DNA of 43,674 nucleotides from a virus: IMG/VR virus record IMGVR_UViG_3300045988_068477, positions 1 to 43,674 of that record; one strand, 5' to 3'. Shown piece by piece: positions 26,548 to 32,545 of this stretch (position 1 is its first letter; each line of letters starts with the position of its first letter). The notes under the pieces were generated by a model. It saw only the letters and a program-made list of their open reading frames with translations, ran no database searches and was not told where the DNA came from. The position numbers and the translations under genes were made by a program.

Positions 26548-26571
26548 AAAAAAGCCGCCCATAAGGGCGGC
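26548..26571 (-). terminator. cassette A: minus-strand intrinsic terminator
   Basis: GCCGCCC-ATAA-GGGCGGC (26554-26571). A run of six A on the plus strand (26548-26553) gives a U-run only on the minus strand. Confidence 0.7.
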
Positions 26572-26576
26572 GGCAA

Positions 26577-26605
26577 TTGACAAAAAGCGGCGCTATTGGT
26601 AGAAT
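26577..26605 (+). promoter_or_regulatory. cassette A: plus promoter TTGACA-17-TAGAAT
   Basis: The sequence reads TTGACAaaaagcggcgctattggTAGAAT. Confidence 0.75.
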
Positions 26606-26667
26606 GACGATGGCGCTGCCATAACGGTAGGCGGTTCGGCCACTACCCCTGAAAGGGGGTGAGGCCC

Positions 26668-26745
26668 ATGCGGATCACATTACATATCGGGCGGTTCACC
26701 GTTACGATTATTGTGAAAAGCAGAAACCGCCACTCGGCCAAGTGA
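26668..26745 (+). CDS. micro-ORF, MRITLHIGRFTVTIIVKSRNRHSAK (25 aa)
   Basis: GGGGGTGAGG SD lies 4-13 nt upstream. The paralog at 27725..27802 differs mostly at synonymous third positions. Confidence 0.55.
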   Translation: MRITLHIGRFTVTIIVKSRNRHSAK

Positions 26746-26816
26746 CGGTTTCTATAGCTTCGCTATTCAACTGACACAGGGCTGAACCGCTTATCGGCAG
26801 CGCCCTATCTATTCTT

Positions 26817-26844
26817 ATTATAGCCAACCCAGCCGCTTTGTCAA
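26817..26844 (-). promoter_or_regulatory. cassette A: minus promoter TTGACA-16-TATAAT
   Basis: Minus-strand reading is TTGACAaagcggctgggttggcTATAAT. The -35 sits inside the plus terminator hairpin. Confidence 0.75.
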
Positions 26845-26865
26845 GTATGGACAGGGCGGTTTTTT
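26833..26865 (+). terminator. cassette A: plus-strand intrinsic terminator
   Basis: CCGCTTTGTC pairs with GACAGGGCGG (10 bp including two G.U pairs, so it is plus-specific), followed by TTTTTT. Confidence 0.75.
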
Positions 26866-26888
26866 GCCGTCCGGAAAGGAGGCCCAAT

Positions 26889-27206
26889 ATGCTAATCATT
26901 CAAATTGCAGCGCTGGAATCGGGTCAGCATCCAATCCAGAGCCAGAGCGGGCGGAAAACCTGCTGGCTGCCTGGCTACATAGAGGTGCCCGGCCACCTGG
27001 AGCGGGAGGTATGGGCGTGCCTTGGCTGGTGCGACCTGACCATTGAGGGCGGGAAACTGACCGGCATCACGCCCGGCACCATCCCGGAGCTGGAGCCTGC
27101 GCCGGAGCCTGAGCCCACGGCCCAGGAGGACAACGACACCATGCTGGTAGATCACGAATACAGACTGACCTTGATGGAATTGGGGGTGACGAGTGATGCT
27201 GTATAG
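26889..27206 (+). CDS. hypothetical protein (105 aa)
   Basis: AGGAGG SD. The C-terminal half has a PELEPAPEPEP linker. It lies upstream of the XkdX-like gene. Confidence 0.65.
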   Translation: MLIIQIAALESGQHPIQSQSGRKTCWLPGYIEVPGHLEREVWACLGWCDLTIEGGKLTGITPGTIPELEPAPEPEPTAQEDNDTMLVDHEYRLTLMELGVTSDAV

Positions 27207-27333
27207 GACACTGAAGCGCATGATTGAGCGCGGCCAGACTGCCGGAATGGAAGAGAAATTGGACATCTTTTACGCAGCGGACAAGCTGACCGAAGCGGAG
27301 TATACCGAGCTGACGGGCATGTTGGTAAAATGA
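27196..27333 (+). CDS. XkdX-like small protein (45 aa)
   Basis: MLYRTLKRMIERGQTAGMEEKLDIFYAADKLTEAEYTELTGML resembles the PBSX XkdX family. It falls below the ORF-track cutoff. Confidence 0.55.
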   Translation: MLYRTLKRMIERGQTAGMEEKLDIFYAADKLTEAEYTELTGMLVK

Positions 27334-27351
27334 GAAAGGAAGTCATTGACT

Positions 27352-27612
27352 ATGGAAATCAAAACGATGAGCTTTACGAACCCCTATTACAAGAAGGAGT
27401 GGCAGGAGTGGGTGCCCGGCTTTGAGGGCAAGGTGCGCTACCGGGAGGGTACATACACCCTGCAGGGAGACGGGACCAAGGTCGTGTATGACGGCGCGAC
27501 CAACTACATGGGCAGGGTGCGGCCTGACGGCAGCTTTACCAGCAACGACAGCCAGGGCGCGGCCCCGGACGAGTATGAGCTGACCTTTCTGCGGGCGGCA
27601 AAGGAAGCATAA
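27352..27612 (+). CDS. hypothetical protein (86 aa)
   Basis: ATG 27352 follows AAAGGAAG. I recognise no family. Confidence 0.6.
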   Translation: MEIKTMSFTNPYYKKEWQEWVPGFEGKVRYREGTYTLQGDGTKVVYDGATNYMGRVRPDGSFTSNDSQGAAPDEYELTFLRAAKEA

Positions 27613-27633
27613 AAAAAGCCGCCTAATGGCGGC
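27611..27633 (-). terminator. cassette B: minus-strand intrinsic terminator
   Basis: GCCGCC-TAAT-GGCGGC (27618-27633), preceded on the plus strand by seven A. Confidence 0.7.
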
Positions 27634-27635
27634 AA

Positions 27636-27664
27636 TTGACGAAACGCGGCGCACGTGGTAAGAT
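27636..27664 (+). promoter_or_regulatory. cassette B: plus promoter TTGACG-17-TAAGAT
   Basis: The sequence reads TTGACGaaacgcggcgcacgtggTAAGAT. Confidence 0.7.
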
Positions 27665-27724
27665 GATTGCGGCGCTGCACAAGAGGCAGGCGGTTGGCCA
27701 CACTCCCGGAAGGGAGGTGAGGCC

Positions 27725-27802
27725 ATGCGGATTACGTTACATATTGGGCCTTTCACGGTTACGATTGTCGTAAAAAGCAGAAACCGCCACCCTGGCCGGT
27801 GA
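27725..27802 (+). CDS. micro-ORF, MRITLHIGPFTVTIVVKSRNRHPGR (25 aa)
   Basis: GGGAGGTGAGG SD. Paralog of 26668..26745. Confidence 0.55.
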   Translation: MRITLHIGPFTVTIVVKSRNRHPGR

Positions 27803-27874
27803 CGGTTTCCATAGCTTTGCTATAAACTGTTTCCATCTGGGCTAACCGCTTGTCGCAGCGCCCTTTCTATCTGA

Positions 27875-27902
27875 ATTATACCACTTGCCTCCGTTTTGTC
27901 AA
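27875..27902 (-). promoter_or_regulatory. cassette B: minus promoter TTGACA-16-TATAAT
   Basis: Minus-strand reading is TTGACAaaacggaggcaagtggTATAAT. Confidence 0.75.
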
Positions 27903-27920
27903 GAACGGGGGTGTTTTTAT
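27888..27920 (+). terminator. cassette B: plus-strand intrinsic terminator
   Basis: CTCCGTT (27889-27895) pairs with AACGGGG (27904-27910), followed by TGTTTTTATTT. Confidence 0.7.
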
Positions 27921-29342
27921 TTGAGCAAACAAATCGCAACAATCCCCTTGGGGAATATCTCCAAGCTGCAGATCTATATTAACCGTGGGTGCAAGGGGCT
28001 GTCCGTCATCAAGAAGGAGACGGGGGCGGACTACGTACTCAACGGCGGGCTGTTCAATCCGGACTGGACGGCATGCCCGCTGCTGAAGTCGGACGGTGCG
28101 ATGCAGTCCAAGACGACCTGGCGGGCCTACGGCTTTGGGTGGAACAGACCGGAAGACATTTCCCTGCGTCTGGACTATGAGAATGTGAGCAATTTTATCT
28201 CCTGCGTGTGCCTGCTGCGGGGCGGAAAGCGGGAGAAGATCAGCGTAACTTCCGCCCTGGACGGGGCGCGGCAGCGGTCGGCCATCGGCCTGATGGGGGA
28301 CAAGCTGGCGCTGTACTGCACGGACGAGGGGACGACGCCGGGGGCGCTGCAGCGGGAGCTGGAAAAGCTGGGCTGCACGGACGCGGTGATGCTGGACGGG
28401 GGCGGCTCCAGCCAGTGCGACTTTAACGGCAAGCAGATCAAGGCGGCCAGGGTGGTGCACAACCTGCTCCTGGTCTACACGAAAAAGACCGGGGAGGCCC
28501 CGGAGAAAGGGGACAAGCCTGTGGGCAGACAGTACAAGGTAACGCCGTCTGTGGGCGTCAATATCCGCAGCGGTCCGGGGACAGGCTATTCCAAGGTTGG
28601 GGCCTATGCGTGCGGCACGGTGGTGGCGGTCACGGCTGCGCAGGGCGGCTGGGGACAGACGGCCAAGGGCTGGGTGGCCCTGGAGTATCTGGCGGCCGTG
28701 GAGGGCGCTCAGCGGACCACGGACACGGGGATGGAGATTCGTCCGGCGTACATTGACGCCGGACGGAAGAACCGGCCGGGCGGGGTAAATCCCTGCAGGT
28801 ACATTACCATCCACGAGACGGGCAACAAGGCCTCCGGCGCGGACGCCGAAGCCCATGGGGCCTATCTGAACAGCTCCGCCGGGGAGGCCGATCTGGTCAG
28901 CTGGCACTACACGGTGGACGACCACGCCATTGTGCAGCACCTGCCCGATGGGGAGACGGCCTACCACACGGGGGACGGCAAGGCGGGGACGGGCAACGCC
29001 CAGAGCATCGGGATTGAGATTTGCGTCAACGCGGACGGGGACTTTGCAAAGGCCAAAGCGAACGCGGCCGCCCTGGTGCGGCTGCTGATGGAGGAGCACG
29101 GCATCCCGATTGCAAACGTGGTGCAGCACAACCGCTGGAACGGCAAGGACTGCCCGTACGCCATCCGGCACACGGCCGGGGCCTGGGAGGCCTTCCTGGC
29201 GCTGTGCGAGGGTGAGAGCGCCGCGGAGACAGACCGGAAAGCGGTCCAGGAGCGCTTTGGGCTGGCGGACGAGACCATGGACTATCTGGAGGCATACAAA
29301 TACGGTAAGGATTTGCTGGCCAAGCTGGCCAGTGGAAAGTGA
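27921..29342 (+). CDS. three-domain endolysin (NAGPA/DUF2233-like + SH3 + amidase_2)
   Basis: ADYVLNGGLF...DAVMLDGGGSS matches the phosphodiester-glycosidase-like family. YKVTPSVGVNIRSGPGTGYSKVG...GWVALEYL is an SH3b domain. ITIHETGN...WHYTVDD...NRWNGKDCP is the N-acetylmuramoyl-L-alanine amidase signature. The start is TTG 27921 or TTG 27885. Confidence 0.85.
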   Translation: MSKQIATIPLGNISKLQIYINRGCKGLSVIKKETGADYVLNGGLFNPDWTACPLLKSDGAMQSKTTWRAYGFGWNRPEDISLRLDYENVSNFISCVCLLRGGKREKISVTSALDGARQRSAIGLMGDKLALYCTDEGTTPGALQRELEKLGCTDAVMLDGGGSSQCDFNGKQIKAARVVHNLLLVYTKKTGEAPEKGDKPVGRQYKVTPSVGVNIRSGPGTGYSKVGAYACGTVVAVTAAQGGWGQTAKGWVALEYLAAVEGAQRTTDTGMEIRPAYIDAGRKNRPGGVNPCRYITIHETGNKASGADAEAHGAYLNSSAGEADLVSWHYTVDDHAIVQHLPDGETAYHTGDGKAGTGNAQSIGIEICVNADGDFAKAKANAAALVRLLMEEHGIPIANVVQHNRWNGKDCPYAIRHTAGAWEAFLALCEGESAAETDRKAVQERFGLADETMDYLEAYKYGKDLLAKLASGK

Positions 29343-29349
29343 GGACAAC

Positions 29350-29622
29350 ATGGATATTTCTTCTCTTGGCATCGCCGGTGTGGCGGCCATTACGGTGATC
29401 TGCTTTTTGATCGGGCAGGTGGTCAAGGCAAGCGGACTGGACAACAAATGGATTCCCATTACCTGCGGTATTTCCGGGGCGCTGCTGGGTGTGTTGGGGT
29501 TGTTCATGATGCCGGACTTCCCGGCCACGGACTACATCACCGCCCTGGCTGTGGGCATTGTCTCCGGCCTGGCCGCCACCGGTATCAATCAGGTTTACAA
29601 GCAGCTGAGCAAGGGGGAGTAA
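29350..29622 (+). CDS. holin
   Basis: 90 aa with three hydrophobic segments, located immediately after the endolysin. The C-terminus is charged. Confidence 0.7.
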   Translation: MDISSLGIAGVAAITVICFLIGQVVKASGLDNKWIPITCGISGALLGVLGLFMMPDFPATDYITALAVGIVSGLAATGINQVYKQLSKGE

Positions 29623-29626
29623 ATGG

Positions 29627-29947
29627 ATGGAGTGGCTTGGCCCCGCTATCACTGCGGCATCAGTTGTAATTGTGGCCGTTATAGAGGCCATTGCAGCAAA
29701 AGAGCGAAAAAAGGTAAAAATCGGAAACCGAAAAAGCGAGGCGATGATGAACGGGGTTCAAGCGCTTCTGCGCAATGAAATTATATCAAAATATAATCAC
29801 TATGCAGAACAAGAATTTATTCCCATTTACGGAATGGAAAATGTCCTTGACATGTACGTTGCCTATAAAGACTTGGGTGGAAATGGAACCATTACAAAGC
29901 TGGTTGAGCACATGAAGAACATGTCAACAGAACCGCCGAAGGAGTGA
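29627..29947 (+). CDS. hypothetical protein with N-terminal TM helix (106 aa)
   Basis: ITAASVVIVAVIEAIAA followed by a basic stretch. Conserved-looking YKDLGGNG motif. Confidence 0.6.
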   Translation: MEWLGPAITAASVVIVAVIEAIAAKERKKVKIGNRKSEAMMNGVQALLRNEIISKYNHYAEQEFIPIYGMENVLDMYVAYKDLGGNGTITKLVEHMKNMSTEPPKE

Positions 29948-29951
29948 GCCG

Positions 29952-30194
29952 ATGCAAGCCCGGATCAGACTGCCAAGCCTCCTTGAAGTATTGACAAAAA
30001 GAGAATTGATACGGGCCATTGAAGAGTCTGCGCTAAGTCGGACAGATGAAAAGATTGCAAAGCGCAGGTTAGTGGAAAAATGTGAAATTATTGATATTGC
30101 TTGCGAGCTTGGATATGAGCGATCTACAATCAGTAAAAGACTGAAACGAATTATTCTTCGCGTGGAAGAAATTGCAGAACGGATTTATACCTGA
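29952..30194 (+). CDS. small sigma-70 region-4-like HTH protein
   Basis: RTDEKIAKRRLVEKCEIIDIACELGYERSTISKRLKRI fits an HTH pattern. Confidence 0.5.
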   Translation: MQARIRLPSLLEVLTKRELIRAIEESALSRTDEKIAKRRLVEKCEIIDIACELGYERSTISKRLKRIILRVEEIAERIYT

Positions 30195-30200
30195 AGCGAG

Positions 30201-30240
30201 CCCCCATCACACTTGGCTGTGATGGGGGTTTTTATATTTT
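30201..30240 (+). terminator. strong intrinsic terminator ending the late operon
   Basis: CCCCCATCAC pairs with GTGATGGGGG (10 bp), followed by TTTTTATATTTT. Confidence 0.9.
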
Positions 30241-30345
30241 TCATGCTGAAAGTTTCACCTAAAATCCACTTAAATGCCGCGGGGACATCACCCAGCAATT
30301 TTTATTTTCTGCGATAATGATTACAGAGAAACTAGAGGAGCAAAA

Positions 30346-30519
30346 ATGATGGTTATTAATGGGAGCAAGTTGATTCAACGGCTGATAAACTGTGGCTATA
30401 CAGAAGCCAACGCAATTGATATTTGTCAGAAATATGCTGCGGACAAGAATCTTGAAGGCCTGGAGCATTTCATCAGGCTTGCAGAGCGTTTCGATGATGA
30501 CCGGAATGAATATGTTTGA
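30346..30519 (+). CDS. hypothetical protein (57 aa)
   Basis: GAGGAG SD. First gene of the cargo block. Confidence 0.5.
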   Translation: MMVINGSKLIQRLINCGYTEANAIDICQKYAADKNLEGLEHFIRLAERFDDDRNEYV

Positions 30520-30889
30520 GTATTTTAATTTAAACCCTGCGGGACGTAATGTCGGGGACTGTACAGTCCGAGCCATTGCTAAGGCTACTGGACAGGGATG
30601 GGAAGAGACTTATGTAGGGCTTTGTGTGGAAGGGCTATCCATGTATGACATGCCAAGCGCTAATTCTGTATGGGGATCGTACCTTCGAAGAAAAGGATTT
30701 CAGCGCAGGATTATTCCGGATGCCTGCCCAGACTGTTATACCGTGAGCGAATTTGCATCGGAACACCCAATCGGGACTTATATTTTAGCATTGTCTGGAC
30801 ATGTAGTATGTGTGGATGATGGAGTAGTCTATGATTCATGGGACAGCGGCGGAGAAATACCGCTTTATTACTGGACAAGGAGTGAATGA
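30506..30889 (+). CDS. putative papain-fold cysteine peptidase-like protein
   Basis: NVGDCTVRAIAKATG (candidate catalytic Cys) and LSGHVVCVDDGVVYDSWDSG (candidate His/Asp) are in the usual order for the fold. Confidence 0.5.
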   Translation: MNMFEYFNLNPAGRNVGDCTVRAIAKATGQGWEETYVGLCVEGLSMYDMPSANSVWGSYLRRKGFQRRIIPDACPDCYTVSEFASEHPIGTYILALSGHVVCVDDGVVYDSWDSGGEIPLYYWTRSE

Positions 30890-30890
30890 T

Positions 30891-31379
30891 ATGGCGTTTG
30901 GATACCCGAATTATTATCAACCAAACTATGGCTATGTGCCACCAATGGCGGATCAGCTAACACAGCTGAGGCAGAATCAATTCCAGGGCAGTCCACAAAT
31001 GAATAATCAGCCCGTAATAAATCAACCTGTTATGAGTCAGCCAGCTGGGAATGGAATCATTTGGGTACAAGGCGAAGAGGGCGCGAAAGGTTATCTTGTG
31101 GCACCTGGCAACAGCGTTATGTTGATGGACAGTGAAAAGAGTTCCTTTTATCTGAAGTCGACAGATCAGAGCGGAATGCCACAGCCTTTGCGTATTTTTG
31201 ATTACACAGAACGTACAACGGCGACAAGGCCGACAGCAGATGTTGCCTCACCCACGAATACGGAATTTGCCACAAAAGCAGAGCTTGAGGCGCTTGCGGC
31301 GCGCTTGGACGCTTTAATGGCTGAAGAAACGACAAAAACCGCTAAAAAGCCAGTAAAGGAGGATGCCAAGAATGCCTAA
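30891..31379 (+). CDS. hypothetical protein with Q/N/P-rich N-terminus (162 aa)
   Basis: Low-complexity region YPNYYQPNYGYVPP...NNQPVINQPVMSQP, then IIWVQGEEGAKGYLVAPGNSVMLMDSE...LRIFDYTE. Confidence 0.6.
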   Translation: MAFGYPNYYQPNYGYVPPMADQLTQLRQNQFQGSPQMNNQPVINQPVMSQPAGNGIIWVQGEEGAKGYLVAPGNSVMLMDSEKSSFYLKSTDQSGMPQPLRIFDYTERTTATRPTADVASPTNTEFATKAELEALAARLDALMAEETTKTAKKPVKEDAKNA

Positions 31380-31599
31380 CCCGTTGTTTTCAATGCTTGG
31401 CGGCGGAATGCCAAACATTCCAGATCCCATGGGGAATTTTGCACGGATGATGCAGCAATTTCAGCAATTTAAAGCCAATTTTCAGGGCGATCCGAAACAA
31501 GAAGTGGAAAAGCTGCTGCAGTCTGGGAAACTGAATCAGAGCCAGCTCAATCAATTGCAAAATATGGCCCAGCAGTTTATGCAGGTAATGCCCAAGTGA
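31372..31599 (+). CDS. hypothetical Q-rich protein (75 aa)
   Basis: AAGGAGG lies 11 nt upstream. The sequence includes MMQQFQQFKANFQGDPKQEVEKLLQSGKLNQSQLNQLQNMAQQF. Confidence 0.55.
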   Translation: MPNPLFSMLGGGMPNIPDPMGNFARMMQQFQQFKANFQGDPKQEVEKLLQSGKLNQSQLNQLQNMAQQFMQVMPK

Positions 31600-31664
31600 G
31601 GCTTTAATCGTGGCCACGATTTAGCATACATTTTATTTTATTAAAAATTGAAAGGAGAAATACT

Positions 31665-32408
31665 ATGTCTCTTTCTGGCGACACCACTATGATGATGCCG
31701 GTTGCTCCTACTGGCTATGCTGGCGGTAACGGAGGCTTCGGCGGATTTGGTGATAACGGCGCATGGTGGATTATCATTCTTTTCCTGTTTGTGTTCTGCG
31801 GCTGGGGCAACAATGGATGGGGCGGCAACGGCGGCATGAACGGCGGCGTCGGTTCTGAGGTACAGCGCGGATTTGACCACTCTTCCGTTGTAAGCAAACT
31901 GGACGGTATCACTCAAGGTATTTGTGACAGCACTTATGCCTTGAACAACGCAATTAACACCGGTTTTAGCAATGCGGAGCTGTCCCGCTGCAACCAGCAG
32001 GCGGCCCTGATTCAGCAGCTCAACAATATGGCTATGCAGGCTCAAAACTGCTGCTGCGAGACCCAGCGGGCGATTGACGGCGTGAACTACAACATGGCAA
32101 CCAATACATGCGCCCTCCAGAACACCATGAACAACAACACCAGGGACATTATTGACAATGCCAATGCCAATTCCAGAGCCATCCTCGATTATCTGTGCCA
32201 GGATAAGATTTCCACTCTCCAGGCCGAAAATCAGAGTCTCCGGCTGGCTGCGTCTCAGGCGAACCAGAACGCGGTACTCCAGGCGGCTATGGACGCAAAC
32301 ACTGCGGAGATTTTGCGCCGCACCGCACCTCTGCCTGTCCCGGCTTATCAGGTGGCAAACCCCTATACGGGTGTTTATGGAAGCTGTTGCAATCCCTGCG
32401 GCTGCTAA
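31665..32408 (+). CDS. Gly-rich membrane-anchored, Cys-rich protein (247 aa)
   Basis: AAAGGAG SD. The YjcZ-like N-terminus is GGNGGFGGFGDNGAWWIIILFLFVFCGWGNNGWGGNGG. There are CCC and C-terminal CCNPCGC clusters and an N/Q-rich helical middle. Hairpins flank both sides. Confidence 0.7.
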   Translation: MSLSGDTTMMMPVAPTGYAGGNGGFGGFGDNGAWWIIILFLFVFCGWGNNGWGGNGGMNGGVGSEVQRGFDHSSVVSKLDGITQGICDSTYALNNAINTGFSNAELSRCNQQAALIQQLNNMAMQAQNCCCETQRAIDGVNYNMATNTCALQNTMNNNTRDIIDNANANSRAILDYLCQDKISTLQAENQSLRLAASQANQNAVLQAAMDANTAEILRRTAPLPVPAYQVANPYTGVYGSCCNPCGC

Positions 32409-32474
32409 AAAACTGTATAGACCTCAACTTGTAGGAACTCTTACATGTTCGGCCCCGTGCCGATTTTGAACACT

Positions 32475-32505
32475 GCGGCGGGGCAATAGCCTCGCCGCTT
32501 ATTTT
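32475..32505 (+). terminator. intrinsic terminator
   Basis: GCGGCGGGG pairs with CCTCGCCGC (9 bp), followed by TTATTTTA. Confidence 0.7.
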
Positions 32506-32545
32506 AACCGGGTCGAAATCGACCCCTTTAGAAAGGATTGATTTT

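Larger units (their letters stand above)
26548..26810 (-). ncRNA. cassette A: full-length antisense RNA
   Basis: The span runs from a near-consensus minus promoter (26817-26844) to the minus terminator (26548-26571). The minus strand has no ORF with an SD. Confidence 0.5.
26612..26865 (+). ncRNA. cassette A: structured sense transcript carrying a 25-codon ORF
   Basis: A 5'/3' closing helix pairs GGCGCTGCC (26612-26620) with GGCAGCGCC (26796-26804), and GCGGTTC with GAACCGC. There is a GAAA-capped hairpin at 26645-26660 and a hairpin AGAAACCG..CGGTTTCT. All are conserved in cassette B. Confidence 0.6.
27611..27868 (-). ncRNA. cassette B: full-length antisense RNA
   Basis: The span runs from the minus promoter (27875-27902) to the minus terminator (27611-27633). 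Confidence 0.5.
27671..27920 (+). ncRNA. cassette B: structured sense transcript carrying a 25-codon ORF
   Basis: The architecture matches cassette A: a closing helix GGCGCTGC (27671-27678)/GCAGCGCC (27855-27862), a GGAA-capped hairpin at 27703-27716, and the AGAAACCG..CGGTTTC hairpin. Confidence 0.6.

Noticed and set aside
26554-26571. Hairpin after the tail-fibre stop as the plus-strand terminator of the late operon.
   Set aside because: The U-tract is on the wrong side for the plus strand: the A-run precedes the stem. The same geometry recurs at 27618-27633. Both fit minus-strand terminators for the cassette antisense RNAs, although weak bidirectional activity cannot be excluded.
26708-26899. 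Minus-strand ORFs crossing the cassettes (26708..26899, 27343..27756, 27504..27701) as coding genes.
   Set aside because: They have no SD, they are not conserved as reading frames between the two cassette copies, and they run through promoter and terminator elements.
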